This document shows, in pieces, positions 39,741-49,541 of a stretch of DNA of 64,000 bases. This DNA comes from an uncultured Acidobacteriota bacterium (GTDB lineage: Bacteria > Acidobacteriota > UBA6911). The DNA lies in assembly GCA_963843575.1 (NCBI GenBank), contig CAWJKZ010000012.1, forward strand, positions 234,482-298,481, given 5' to 3'. A model generated the notes under the pieces. That model had not been told where the DNA came from. It made no database searches and worked only from the letters and a program-made list of their open reading frames with translations. How positions within the stretch are numbered: position 1 is the first letter of the stretch; each line of letters starts with the position of its first letter. The position numbers were made by a program, and so were the translations under genes.

Positions 39741-42188
39741 TTACTCATTGCGCAAGGCCGTCATCGGCTGGATGCTCGCGGCCCGGCGCGCGGGTAGGAG
39801 AAGCGCCGCGAGCGAAGCCACGGCCAGAATGATCGGGACACCCACGAACGTGACCGCATCCAAGGGCCGAACCCCATAGAGCAGGCTGGCGGTGAACCTG
39901 CTCAATGCGACAGCCACGGCCAGGCCAACGGCGAGGCCGATGGCGACGAGTACGAGACCCCGACCCAGGATCGCGCGTGCCACCGAGCCGGGTGAGGCGC
40001 CCAGCGCCATGCGGATGCCGATCTCGCGGGTGCGCGTGCGAACGGAGTAGTTCACGACACCGTACAGGCCCACCAGCGCCAGCACCAGTCCGACGGAGCC
40101 GAAGATCCCGAAGAGGGCGCCGGAGACCCGGGGAAGCAGCAACGCGTCGTTGATGTGCTGGTCCAGCGTCTTTACGTTGAACAGCGGCAGTTCCCTGTCC
40201 AACGCAGTGACCTCCTGCTGCACGACTTCCGCCACATGCTGCAGATCGCCGCTGCTCCTCGCTACGATGGTGACTCCGTAAAGGGAGAAGCCGTCTTCAA
40301 AGTCCGACAGGTAGCGGAACAGGCATGGGATGTCTCCTTCCCCGAGCGTCTCGACCTTGGCATTCCGCACCAGGCCGATCACCTCGTACAGGTTCTTCCC
40401 GCGCGGGTCGTCCCCTTCGCGGACGTGGCGGCCAATCGGGTTCTGCGCCCCGAAGAGCCGCTGTGCCGTGGCCTGGTTGATGATGGCAACGGCAGCCCTG
40501 TCGTCGCGCCGCGGATCGAAATCGCGGCCGGCCAGCAGCGAGATGCCGCTGGCGGCGAAATAGTGTGCGCTGACCCGCATCGTGTCGCCGGCGGCGCGGT
40601 GGCCTTCGGCGCTGTCGGCGTCGTAGAAATCCGCATTGTTGACGGCCAGGCTCAACGGTGGCAGGTCGACGTAGCCGATCGCCTCGATTCCCGGGACGGC
40701 CTCGACCCGCTGTTGCAGGTCGCGGAAGAAGCGCTTCAGCCTTTCCCCCGAATAACCCTGGCCTTTGGGGTCGACTGCCATCATCAGCGCGCCTTTGCCG
40801 TTCAGGCCGACGTCGATCGAAGCGGCAGTTTGCAGGCTTCTCAGGAAGAGTCCGGCGGTGACCAGCAGGATCAGCGACAATGCCACCTGCACTCCCACGA
40901 GAATGTGCGCCAGCCGGCCGCGGTTGAAGCTGCTCCCTCCCCACCCTCCCTGCCGCATGGCGCTTACGACCGTGCCGCGGGTGCCGGTCAACGCCGGGGC
41001 CAGGCCGAACAGGATCCCGGTCAAGACCGCTAGTGCAGTCGTAAAGGCAAGCACGCGAAAATCCGGCGAGAAGTCGAAGCGGATGGGTATGCCCAGCGGT
41101 GGCTGCACCCGCGCCAGTGCGGCGGTCCCGGCAACCGCCAGCAGGAAGCCGAGCGCCGCGCCGGCGGCGGAAAGCAGGACACTTTCGCTGAGCAGTTGGC
41201 GCACGATCCTGCCGCGGCTCGCCCCGAGGGCCAGCCGGACGCCGATTTCGTGCTGCCGGGAAGCCGCGCGCGCCAGGAGCAGGTTTGCGACATTCGCGCA
41301 CGCGATCAGCAGCAGGAGGCCGACGACGATCGCCAGTGCCGCGATAAGGGGCCGCAGCATATCCTGCAGAATCGGAAGGTATCCCACCCGGAAAAGACCG
41401 ACCGGTTTGAACTGCGTGTTCTTCTCATACCGGGTGAGCATGCGCGCGTAGACCACGTTCGCCGCCGCCACCGCCTGCTCGCGGCTTATACCCGCGCGAA
41501 GCCGCCCGGTCATCTCGAGCCACGTGCAGTTGCGGTTCATGTCCATCGAGGCGATGTCCTGCGACAGGTGTGTGCGCATGGCCAGCGGGGCCCAGAATTC
41601 GGACACTATGCCCCGGTCGGTGCCGAAGAATCCGGGAGCCGTGACTCCCACGACCGTGTAGGGCGCACCGCTGAGCACGATGCGCTTTCCCACGACATCC
41701 CGGTCGGCTCCCAGGCTGCGCCAGAGCCCATACCCCAGCACAACCACGGCGTCCCGCCCTCGAACCTCGTCTTCGGACGGGATAATCCCGCGTCCCAACA
41801 GCAGCGGCGCGCCCGTCACCTGGAAGTAGTTGCCTGAAACGAGCACCCCCCAGACTCGCTGCGCACCCGAGCCGCCGCTGATGTTGGCGGCCACGGGAAA
41901 CAGCGAATGCGCCGCAAGCCCTTCGAACACCTGGCCCGTCTGATCGCGAAAATCGAGATACACGGGAATGGAGCTGCTCGGGCGCCCGGCGGGTTCCATG
42001 ACGCAGAGCCGCGCCGGATCCCGGACGGGCAGGTCCCGGATCAGCAGTTCGTTGACGATGCTGAAGACCGCCGTGTTGGCGGCGATGCCCAGTGCCATCG
42101 AGATGATGATGGTGGCCGTGAGGGCCGGAGTCTTCAGGAAAGACCGAATGGCATAGGCAACATCCTGGCGCAGGGACGGCAGCATCAA
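39741..42188 (-). CDS. ADOP-type duplicated ABC permease
   Basis: ALGIAANTAVFS, LLIACANVANLLLAR, GLYGV..RTREIGIR. Confidence 0.93.
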   Translation of the reverse strand: MMLPSLRQDVAYAIRSFLKTPALTATIIISMALGIAANTAVFSIVNELLIRDLPVRDPARLCVMEPAGRPSSSIPVYLDFRDQTGQVFEGLAAHSLFPVAANISGGSGAQRVWGVLVSGNYFQVTGAPLLLGRGIIPSEDEVRGRDAVVVLGYGLWRSLGADRDVVGKRIVLSGAPYTVVGVTAPGFFGTDRGIVSEFWAPLAMRTHLSQDIASMDMNRNCTWLEMTGRLRAGISREQAVAAANVVYARMLTRYEKNTQFKPVGLFRVGYLPILQDMLRPLIAALAIVVGLLLLIACANVANLLLARAASRQHEIGVRLALGASRGRIVRQLLSESVLLSAAGAALGFLLAVAGTAALARVQPPLGIPIRFDFSPDFRVLAFTTALAVLTGILFGLAPALTGTRGTVVSAMRQGGWGGSSFNRGRLAHILVGVQVALSLILLVTAGLFLRSLQTAASIDVGLNGKGALMMAVDPKGQGYSGERLKRFFRDLQQRVEAVPGIEAIGYVDLPPLSLAVNNADFYDADSAEGHRAAGDTMRVSAHYFAASGISLLAGRDFDPRRDDRAAVAIINQATAQRLFGAQNPIGRHVREGDDPRGKNLYEVIGLVRNAKVETLGEGDIPCLFRYLSDFEDGFSLYGVTIVARSSGDLQHVAEVVQQEVTALDRELPLFNVKTLDQHINDALLLPRVSGALFGIFGSVGLVLALVGLYGVVNYSVRTRTREIGIRMALGASPGSVARAILGRGLVLVAIGLAVGLAVAVALSRFTASLLYGVRPLDAVTFVGVPIILAVASLAALLLPARRAASIQPMTALRNE

Positions 42189-42273
42189 GGCCTCCGAGTG
42201 TATGCACCAGGGTTAACGAACGATGTCCGCCAAATGTTCCAGTCTTGAACAGCGGCCGGCTCCCTAACGACAA

Positions 42274-42322
42274 TGTTTCCAGGACGCTGATTTGCGCGGG
42301 TGCACGCAGATTCTGACCTGGT
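42274..42322 (+). repeat. ACGCGGAT element (one arm)
   Basis: GTTTCCAGGACGCTGATTTGCGCGGGTGCACGCAGAT. Confidence 0.7.
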
Positions 42323-42459
42323 GAAGTGCCGGCATCATAGCTGTGGACTAATGAAACCATCCGGGGTTATAAACGGAACACCTCCGACGCGATCCTGGCC
42401 GCAGAGGCCTGGGACGAATGCCGGAGGCGCTGACCGCACTTCAAGCCTGTGGGGAGACC

Positions 42460-43083
42460 ATGAAATTCAAACTGCGCACCGCACTCTTTCTGGCCCTTGC
42501 GATCGCCGCTCCGGCTTTCGGACAGGAAAACACGAACGTCCTTTCGCCCGCGGAGACGTCGGAAGGCTGGACCCTTCTGTGGGATGGCGCCTCGACAAAC
42601 GGTTGGGAGAACGCGGTGAATTCAGAAATGGAAATCACCGGGGGCGTCATGAGGCAGGCCCGGGGCGCTTTCGTGTGGCTGCGACACAAGGCGACGTACG
42701 CCGATTTTGCTCTCAGGCTCGATTTCCGGATGCTGACCGAAGACGCCGACAGCGGGGTCTTCGTCCGGGCCTCCCGGGACGGGGACCCGACCAAGACCGG
42801 GTACCAGGTCAACATCAACAACCTGAACGTCGAGTACGGCACCGGCAGCCTGGTCAACCGGGCGAAGTACAGCGGTTCCAAAATCAAGGCTGGGGAGTGG
42901 CACCACTTCGAGATCAGGGCGGAGGGCGACCATATCGTGGTGGCGCTGGACGGGAAGAAGACCGTCGACGTGCGGGACGGCGCAGCACGCGAGGGCTACA
43001 TCGGCTTGCAGCTCGTGAAGCCCCAGGAGGTGGAGTTCCGCAATATCCGGCTCAAGAAGGTGGGGCCGGGGACTCGCCTGTAA
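42460..43083 (+). CDS. DUF1080 (3-keto-disaccharide hydrolase) domain protein
   Basis: signal, GW.LLWDG, DSGVFVR, GYQVNI, GEWH, GYIGLQ, FRNI. Confidence 0.9.
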   Translation: MKFKLRTALFLALAIAAPAFGQENTNVLSPAETSEGWTLLWDGASTNGWENAVNSEMEITGGVMRQARGAFVWLRHKATYADFALRLDFRMLTEDADSGVFVRASRDGDPTKTGYQVNINNLNVEYGTGSLVNRAKYSGSKIKAGEWHHFEIRAEGDHIVVALDGKKTVDVRDGAAREGYIGLQLVKPQEVEFRNIRLKKVGPGTRL

Positions 43084-43186
43084 GATCAGCGCACATCCGC
43101 GTCCTGGAAACGTGCCATCCCATCACTCAGCGACCGGTCAATTGCTCCAGGAAAAATGGCGCTACGAAACCGATCGATCATGGTAA

Positions 43187-43285
43187 CAGGACGCGGATTT
43201 GCGCGGATTCACGCGGATATCGACTTGGTGACAGGCCGCGCCCGATCCGCGTGAATGCGTCAAATCCGCGAAAATCCGCGTTCTG
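43187..43285. repeat. ACGCGGAT palindromic element (lacks inner stem-loop); a further arm lies at 43084-43112
   Basis: ACGCGGATTT GCGCGGATTC ACGCGGATAT..CAGGCCGCGCCC|GATCCGCGTGAAT..ATCCGCGTTCTG. Confidence 0.85.
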
Positions 43286-43340
43286 GCCTGCCAACTGGAT
43301 CAGCGCGATCGCCGCGCTGGCGGCGGTTGACGGGCGGCTC

Positions 43341-43664
43341 TCACTTCGAGCCCTTGCTTCCCTCTTCCGGAGGCTTGACGAGCCGCTGCTTTCGGTTCCG
43401 GGCCTTGGTCTTGCCCGCCCTCCGCTTCGCCCAGTAGGCCTTCATGCGCTCGCTGATGGCTTTCCTGGCCGCCGCCGACTGGGGGCCCGGCTTGCGTGCG
43501 GTGCCTTCGGACTTAACCGCCCGCGGCCTGCGGACGGCGGCCGACCGTTTTGCAGACCTCGGGCCGGCGCCCTTTGCGCCCCGGAGAGCATCGATTTCCG
43601 CCTGGATCGCTTCCTTCCGCCTTTCGAGTGCTTCGATCGCCAGTGCAATTATGGACACGTCCAT
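43341..43664 (-). CDS. small basic protein (coiled coil plus K/R-rich tail), putative nucleoid-associated
   Basis: ALERRKEAIQAEIDAL helix, ARKAISERMKAYWAKRR; GAGGAG RBS. Confidence 0.7.
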   Translation of the reverse strand: MDVSIIALAIEALERRKEAIQAEIDALRGAKGAGPRSAKRSAAVRRPRAVKSEGTARKPGPQSAAARKAISERMKAYWAKRRAGKTKARNRKQRLVKPPEEGSKGSK

Positions 43665-43875
43665 CAGTTCTCCTCTATTGGTGCCGGGTTGTCGGTTGCG
43701 CAGGGGATAACTTACGTTGACCAGGGCCCAGGGGTCAGGGACGAGATCAGAAAGGCAGGGCCGCAAGCAAGCTGAGCGCGCAGAATTGCGAGAATCCCGC
43801 GCGCTCACGCTTGCGCCCCTGGGGATTTCTTCCAACAAGGGCTCTGTCACCGGCGACGCCGTGCTTGCCCCGCTC

Positions 43876-45069
43876 CTAGGCCGGGAACATGCTCTTCTTT
43901 ATCCCCGGATATAATTTGAGAGCATTCTGATAATAGATCTTCTTCAGCACGTCATCAGGCAATGAAACGCCGCAAACCATCCACCTCCCCTGGTAGTGGT
44001 GCGCTTTCGAAACGTCAAAGTACTCGTCGTTCGTTTCGTACCATCTCCAGTTGGTGCGATACATCTCGGCATTGATCGGCCCGTCTTCACAGCCGTCCGT
44101 GCCGAAAGTAAGCCTGTCCGCATGTTTGATGAGGAACTCCCTGGCCGTGTAAGGCTGGCGTCCCATCTCGTGGATTCTAGCCGAAGTGTCGTAGTAGACA
44201 TTGGGATATTTATCGAGCCACTCTCCGGCCAAGGCGAGGTTCTCCGACATGCCGCCGACGTGGGCCACCATGAACTTCGTCTTGGGATGTTTGGCGAACA
44301 TCCGGTTCCGTTGTTCCATTATTTCTTCTATCTTGTACAGTTCCGGACGGCTAAACATCCAGTCGGGGTGATCGATCACTTCTTCAAGGCGCTCATTGTC
44401 CTTGTCCAGCGGCGTGAAAAACGCCAGTGGATCTCCCACGTGAATCGTCACGGGTATCCCGAGACTGGCGCACTTCTCCCACACCTCGTCCAGTTTGGGA
44501 GAATCGACGGGCAGGTAGGTCCCGTCCGCCAGCTTGGTCTGCAGACCCAGTTCTTTTCGGATCTTCAGGGCCTGGGCTCCCTTCTCCACGTCTCGTTCGA
44601 TTTTATCGGCCATCTGTTTGCCGAAATCCGAGTCGTTCAGATTCGTCCAGTCGATGCGGGTATAGACCAGGAATCGGTCCGGGTTGCTCTTCTTGAATTT
44701 TTCCAGGCTCTTCTCGAACACCCCGCCGGGATAACCGTCCAGATCCACGACTATCCCGACGTTGCAGTCATCCATGGTCTTCACGAGGTCCGATACGTTC
44801 GTCTCGGCATTCACCAGCCTTCTCAGGTGATTGTGAGTGTCGATCGCCGGAAACTTGGCCTTGTCCACTTGGGTTTGTTTGACCTTGAGCATCGTCCGCG
44901 GATGATAGTCCAACAGCCGGATGTTTTTCAGATCGCCGGAGGTGTCCGCCGGTGCCGCTTTAGGGGTTTCGGCAGGCTTTGAGCAACTCCCCCCGATAGC
45001 CGCCAACGATAGAGCAGCAGAACCCGCCGCCGTAGTCTTTATGATTTCCCGTCTCGTCCAGTTCTTCAT
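43876..45069 (-). CDS. amidohydrolase_2 family protein, TAT (lipo)protein
   Basis: TRREII signal with Cys, IDTHNH, IHVGDP, AHVG, FGTD. Confidence 0.9.
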   Translation of the reverse strand: MKNWTRREIIKTTAAGSAALSLAAIGGSCSKPAETPKAAPADTSGDLKNIRLLDYHPRTMLKVKQTQVDKAKFPAIDTHNHLRRLVNAETNVSDLVKTMDDCNVGIVVDLDGYPGGVFEKSLEKFKKSNPDRFLVYTRIDWTNLNDSDFGKQMADKIERDVEKGAQALKIRKELGLQTKLADGTYLPVDSPKLDEVWEKCASLGIPVTIHVGDPLAFFTPLDKDNERLEEVIDHPDWMFSRPELYKIEEIMEQRNRMFAKHPKTKFMVAHVGGMSENLALAGEWLDKYPNVYYDTSARIHEMGRQPYTAREFLIKHADRLTFGTDGCEDGPINAEMYRTNWRWYETNDEYFDVSKAHHYQGRWMVCGVSLPDDVLKKIYYQNALKLYPGIKKSMFPA

Positions 45070-45669
45070 AACCAGATACTCCCATCGAATAGGTTTTGAC
45101 TCCGTCAAAAAAGGCTGCATGGAAGCGGAGTCACGCCAGACCGGGTCTGGAAACAAATGACAGATAATCGAAAGCTTCCGCAAACCGTAGCGGATTATAG
45201 CCGAACCTTGGAGAAACAGTAAAGCGTTTCAGAAGCCCGCAGTTATGGCGCAAACCCGCATCCGGTGGTTTTGGTGACCCGATACGGCAGACGGTTTGCC
45301 GCCTACGGGCTGAATGTGGAAGAGGGCGACTCTGCTGCTCCACCCTTGGCTCGCACTCGATGGGGACTGGCTTTCAGCGATCGCGAAATCCTCCGGCTAG
45401 GCCCTGACAAGTGCTGCGGATTCAACTACCCCCGGGATACGCCGAGCGAACTATAATGCCGGCAAATCCCAGTGATTCTCGTCGCACTGCGACGGTCGCC
45501 TTCTCCATGAGTCGGCATATCGGTGAGCGCATCGTGACTTGTAGTACGCCCAGAGGACAGGCACGAATCCTGAGCGCGCGCCTCTGCGAACTTCTGAGTG
45601 GTCTCGCAAGCCGTGTCGATGCGACGCCTCAACATCAGCGGCGGCAACCTCTCGCTCATGGACTACTGC

Positions 45670-45780
45670 TCGGCCGGGCCCGGAGTACGCCAGAGCGTGT
45701 TGAGCAGAATCACCACGACCGCAAACGTCAGGAAGTCATTATCACTCAGTCCGCACAGGAGGCTGCGTATCGATCCGGTT
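45670..45780 (-). pseudogene. degenerate C-terminal remnant of an ADOP permease
   Basis: reads SIRSLLCGLSDNDFLTFAVVVILL, like SLLYGV..DPLTF. Confidence 0.45.
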
Positions 45781-46125
45781 CACTGCGAGTGCGGCCGCAA
45801 TCCCCCCAGCCAGCGTTTCCGATAAATCAGGCAAAGCAGTCGACCACCTCGAAGCAGGAGACTCTGCATCTTAATATATGTGATTGGATTATCTGATTTA
45901 CCGTATTGACTGTCATTTTCATTTATTGCTTGACAGGCGGGTGAATTCAGGCGCATCTTTTCTTTATCTCGGATGTTCGGACCCGCCTGCCGCATCTGCT
46001 CCGACTCGGGAGCATCACACCTCTTGCGGCACAATGACCCTCTCATCCCCGATATAGGAGTTCCCCCTGCTTGGCAGGGGTGAAAAAATACTCCCATAAC
46101 TCTATCCAATGTGAAAGCAGGGTGT

Positions 46126-46569
46126 ATGAAAAAACGGATTGTGTCGAGTATCTTGGCCGCAAGTCTACTTGTCGTTCTTTCGGTGGCTCTTGCGTATGCA
46201 GGTGAGAGGGCTAGGTTAACTGTTACGGTTCCTTTTGCATTCACAGCCGGCAGCGTGTCATTCCCTTCGGGCGAGTACACCATTTCCGAGACCTCTATTA
46301 ACAGTCTTTTGCTGATCCAAAACAGGCAGGATTTTCTCGCGAGTTATGTTCAAAGCTACCCGGGACGATCGCCCGGTCAATTTGGGATCACAAAAACCGT
46401 GTTCCATCGTTACGGTGATCACTATTTCCTTTCGCAAGTGTTTGATGGCCTGGAGGGCAGTTCGCGCAAGCTTTCGGTATCGCGGCTGGAGAGAGAGTTA
46501 ATCGGTGCAGCCCGCTCGCCTGCTCATGATTCTCGGCCGTCTGACGTGATCGTTGCTGGAATTCGCTGA
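46126..46569 (+). CDS. secreted hypothetical protein of a common Acidobacterial family
   Basis: signal peptide, VPFAFTAG..FPSGEYTI and FHRYGDHYFLSQV motifs. Confidence 0.8.
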   Translation: MKKRIVSSILAASLLVVLSVALAYAGERARLTVTVPFAFTAGSVSFPSGEYTISETSINSLLLIQNRQDFLASYVQSYPGRSPGQFGITKTVFHRYGDHYFLSQVFDGLEGSSRKLSVSRLERELIGAARSPAHDSRPSDVIVAGIR

Positions 46570-46682
46570 GAGGTTGATGTGCAGCGAGCAAAGCGCCTCA
46601 GGTGTTGTTAAAGGATGCGAGGCCAGCAAACTTGCACGGGAGAACGCAGGGACATCTTCACTTGACTCTCCGATGAAACACG

Positions 46683-46711
46683 GGGGCCGCTCTTCGGGGC
46701 GGCCCCTTTTT
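46683..46711 (+). terminator. rho-independent terminator
   Basis: GGGGCCGCTC-TTCG-GGGCGGCCCC followed by TTTTT. Confidence 0.85.
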
Positions 46712-46759
46712 AACGGTGTGCGCGGACGTCCGGCTCGTCGAGAACGACTAGAGGAGGTC

Positions 46760-46960
46760 TGAACTGCCAGCACCGGGGCATTGACGAAGGCATCACTGGA
46801 GACAAAAATCCCGTGAAGTTGTATGTGGCCTGGAATCGCCATAGCGTTGCATGCGCGATGGGCTTAATCCACAACCTGGCGATTGGCGTCCACGGCCAGA
46901 GGCTCAGTGAGGCTCCCACCCAATGCACCGAGATCGAGCATCCCGCCGGCCTGCGTCTCG
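46760..46960 (-). pseudogene. remnant of a HAF-repeat/PxKF-like extracellular protein
   Basis: GGMLDLGALGGS..AVDANRQVV, AHATLW and YNFTGFLSPV in broken frames. Confidence 0.55.
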
Positions 46961-47159
46961 GCAGCCCCATCGCGGGCACTCAGGTTTCTTAGTCCGTTCC
47001 TGTCCCTAAGTTGCGTTTTCTTCCCCAACGAAACTCCACCGTCCGGTGAGCTCCTGATTCTCCTCGAACGCCGCAACGGGTCATAAAGATTGTCTCAATG
47101 CCACGCATTTCTCAACACTGGACAGCCATCCACTGCCTACGAAGGTGTCTGAAATGCGG

Positions 47160-47591
47160 CTATTTCGTTTGCCTAACACAGTACTCGTCGAACGCCGCGA
47201 TCAGGGACTGGGCGATTTCGTGGGCTTCCCGGTTTTCAATCTGGTAGCGCTGGAGCATGAAAACCGCTTGGCCGTCACGGAAGATTGCCACCGACGGCGA
47301 CGACGGGGGGTACTCTTTCAGGTAGCCGCGAACGCAGGCTGTGGCTTCAATATCGCCACCGGCAAAGACCGTGGCCACCTTGTCAGGCAGCGCCGAATGT
47401 TTTAAGGCCATTGCGATGCCTGGACGCGCGCGGCCGGCCGCACAGCCGCACATGGAATTAATCACCATCATCACCGTGCCGTTGCCCGGTCTCAAGATCT
47501 CATCCACCGCTTCCGGCGTCCGCGTCTCAAGTACCTCTAACCGGGTCAACTCCTCGCGCATGGGGCCAATAAACTCTTCTGGATATCTCAC
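47160..47591 (-). CDS. BrxA/BrxB family bacilliredoxin
   Basis: PMREELT, NSMCGCAAG.ARP, VFAG, PPSSPS, IE motifs. Confidence 0.92.
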   Translation of the reverse strand: MRYPEEFIGPMREELTRLEVLETRTPEAVDEILRPGNGTVMMVINSMCGCAAGRARPGIAMALKHSALPDKVATVFAGGDIEATACVRGYLKEYPPSSPSVAIFRDGQAVFMLQRYQIENREAHEIAQSLIAAFDEYCVRQTK

Positions 47592-47700
47592 AACTTCCTC
47601 CTTGCTCGATCTGGGCAGTGCAAAGCAGGCTTAACCACATGAGTTCGCCCGGCTTAGTTCTCCCATACGTTTCCTCTCTTGTTGTAGTGGATGGGGGTGG

Positions 47701-47961
47701 CTACTTCTTCCAGTAATCGTAATTTATCTGAATGAACGACTTCCATTTCTCTGGGACTTCACTTTCGGGGAAGATGGCCGTGACCGGGCATGCAGGCTCG
47801 CAAGCGCCACAGTCAATGCATTCGTCAGGGTTGATATAAAGCTGTGTTGCCTCAGCGAACCCCACATCATCCTTCCTGGGATGAATGCAATCCACCGGAC
47901 AAACATCAACACACGCGGTGTCTTTGATGTTGATGCAAGGTTCAGCAATAATATACGTCAT
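47701..47961 (-). CDS. 7Fe-type ferredoxin (FdxA-like)
   Basis: MTYIIAEPC..KDTACVDVCPVDCIH and CIDCGACEPACP. Confidence 0.93.
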   Translation of the reverse strand: MTYIIAEPCINIKDTACVDVCPVDCIHPRKDDVGFAEATQLYINPDECIDCGACEPACPVTAIFPESEVPEKWKSFIQINYDYWKK

Positions 47962-48122
47962 ATCCCCCCACTGGCGGTTCCAAGCGAAGCTCGCGAGCAA
48001 GCGCCCCCACGGAGGGAAACTTGCCTTCTTGCAGCGCAACCCGCGCCGTCGACCTGACCGTGTGCTCAGTCGGCAGATCCATGGCGGTTATTGGCCAGAG
48101 TGATGGCATGCATCCCGAGCTT

Positions 48123-48599
48123 CTATAGCGACCATAACGACGGGACGAGTACTTGCTCCGTGAGAGGTTCGTACGGTTCGGGCGTGGGAAGATCCAGAAC
48201 CAGCGCGCGCTGGCCTTCGCTTAGACACTGCAGGCGGACCTCGCATTTGTCCGTGAAACGGACCGCGTCACGATACGTGTAGGCTGAGTCGCTCAGTTGC
48301 ACGAATGTGACCTCTTCAACCGGACCGACCGCGAGCCAGCGCTGCAGGCGTTCGGGGATGTTCCGCAAGCTGAGCCTTGCGCCTGGCGGGATGCAAACCG
48401 CCCGAATCGATTCTGTTTTGGGCCTCAGCCTGAAAAACGACCAGAGCCCGTTTGACAGCGCTTCAGGCGGAACTGCCCTTCTCTGCAAGTCCGACGGGGA
48501 AGCGAAACCGATCGTCCCGGTACGAAACCTGTGGGCGACCAATTCCTCTCCCTTGACTGCCAGCCGGTTTGGCATTGACATTAGGGAATAGTCACACAT
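48123..48599 (-). CDS. conserved hypothetical protein (MCDYSL N-terminus)
   Basis: MCDYSL..RLA..GE.L, AVCIPPG.L, YRDAVRF; GGAG RBS. Confidence 0.75.
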   Translation of the reverse strand: MCDYSLMSMPNRLAVKGEELVAHRFRTGTIGFASPSDLQRRAVPPEALSNGLWSFFRLRPKTESIRAVCIPPGARLSLRNIPERLQRWLAVGPVEEVTFVQLSDSAYTYRDAVRFTDKCEVRLQCLSEGQRALVLDLPTPEPYEPLTEQVLVPSLWSL

Positions 48600-48747
48600 C
48601 TTTTCTTTCTCCCGTTGAGCCAGGATTTCCGCTTTGGACCCTGGATCAAACCTAAGCGTAAACCGAGATTTGATACATTGTCAATACCGATATTTACAAA
48701 AGCTACAAGTTGACTATATTCTCAAGAATCCGCTAAAATAGCAATTG

Positions 48748-49452
48748 ATGGAAGGGCTGACTGCGACTAAGGTTAACGAACAGTCCACTAGGACCGAAAT
48801 CCTGCACTTATTGAAGGCGCACGGCCATTTGGAAGCAAAGGCGATTGCCCAGTTTTGCGGATTTACTACGATGGCCGTCCGCCGGCACCTTCTGAGACTC
48901 TGCGCCGACCGCGTCATTCAAACGAGAACCGAGCGCCGTCCCAAGGGCCGCCCGACCACTCTTTATTCGCTCACCGACCTGGGGGATGCTCAGTTCCCGA
49001 GAGACTACGCGGCGCTGGCCAAAGAGCTACTCTCAAGCTTGGAACTCCTTGACGGCGAGTCCAAAATCGAGGCGGTTTTTCGGAGGCGTCGCTCAAACCT
49101 GATTGCGCGGTACGGTCATCGCGTACGGGGAGGGGATCTCGAAAAGCGGGTGCGAGAGATGGCGGCGGTACTGACCGACTGCGGATACATGGCAGAAGTG
49201 GAGGTAGCGGGCTCGGGCCGTTTCTTGCTGATCGAACATAACTGCGCCATTCGCGAGGTCGCGAAAGGCTATCCCGTCGCCTGCCAGGAAGAACTGTGCC
49301 TAATCGGCGAACTCTGCGGCAGAAGTGTCGCGCGCGTCTCTCACGTTCTCGCCGGAGACAGGCACTGCTCCTACTTGGTCGAGGAGGGCGGCGGGTCAAA
49401 GAGGCCCGAAGAGAGCCCAGCGCGCAGCGATACCCCGGATCGCCGCCGATAG
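48748..49452 (+). CDS. SufR-like HTH transcriptional regulator with C-terminal Cys ligands
   Basis: AVRRHL, GRP, FPRDY, GYMAE, EHNCAI, ACQEE, RHC. Confidence 0.85.
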   Translation: MEGLTATKVNEQSTRTEILHLLKAHGHLEAKAIAQFCGFTTMAVRRHLLRLCADRVIQTRTERRPKGRPTTLYSLTDLGDAQFPRDYAALAKELLSSLELLDGESKIEAVFRRRRSNLIARYGHRVRGGDLEKRVREMAAVLTDCGYMAEVEVAGSGRFLLIEHNCAIREVAKGYPVACQEELCLIGELCGRSVARVSHVLAGDRHCSYLVEEGGGSKRPEESPARSDTPDRRR

Positions 49453-49541
49453 GAATCGCTCGGGTGAAGGCGCGATACACCAACGCCGCGGATTTAGTTC
49501 AAAGACTAACACCTAACCAATGTCAACAGGAAGATAGAGAT

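Noticed and set aside
45255-45305. c-di-GMP-I riboswitch on the minus strand (GGCAAACC...CAAAACCACCGG)
   Set aside because: Lacks the GNRA-capped P2 stem and GACGC core, and lies upstream of the likely promoter (TATAAT at 45194-45199).
45920-46110. ncRNA or riboswitch upstream of the 46126 gene
   Set aside because: Hairpins are present (CCCCTGC-TTG-GCAGGGG), but no recognisable family motif was found.
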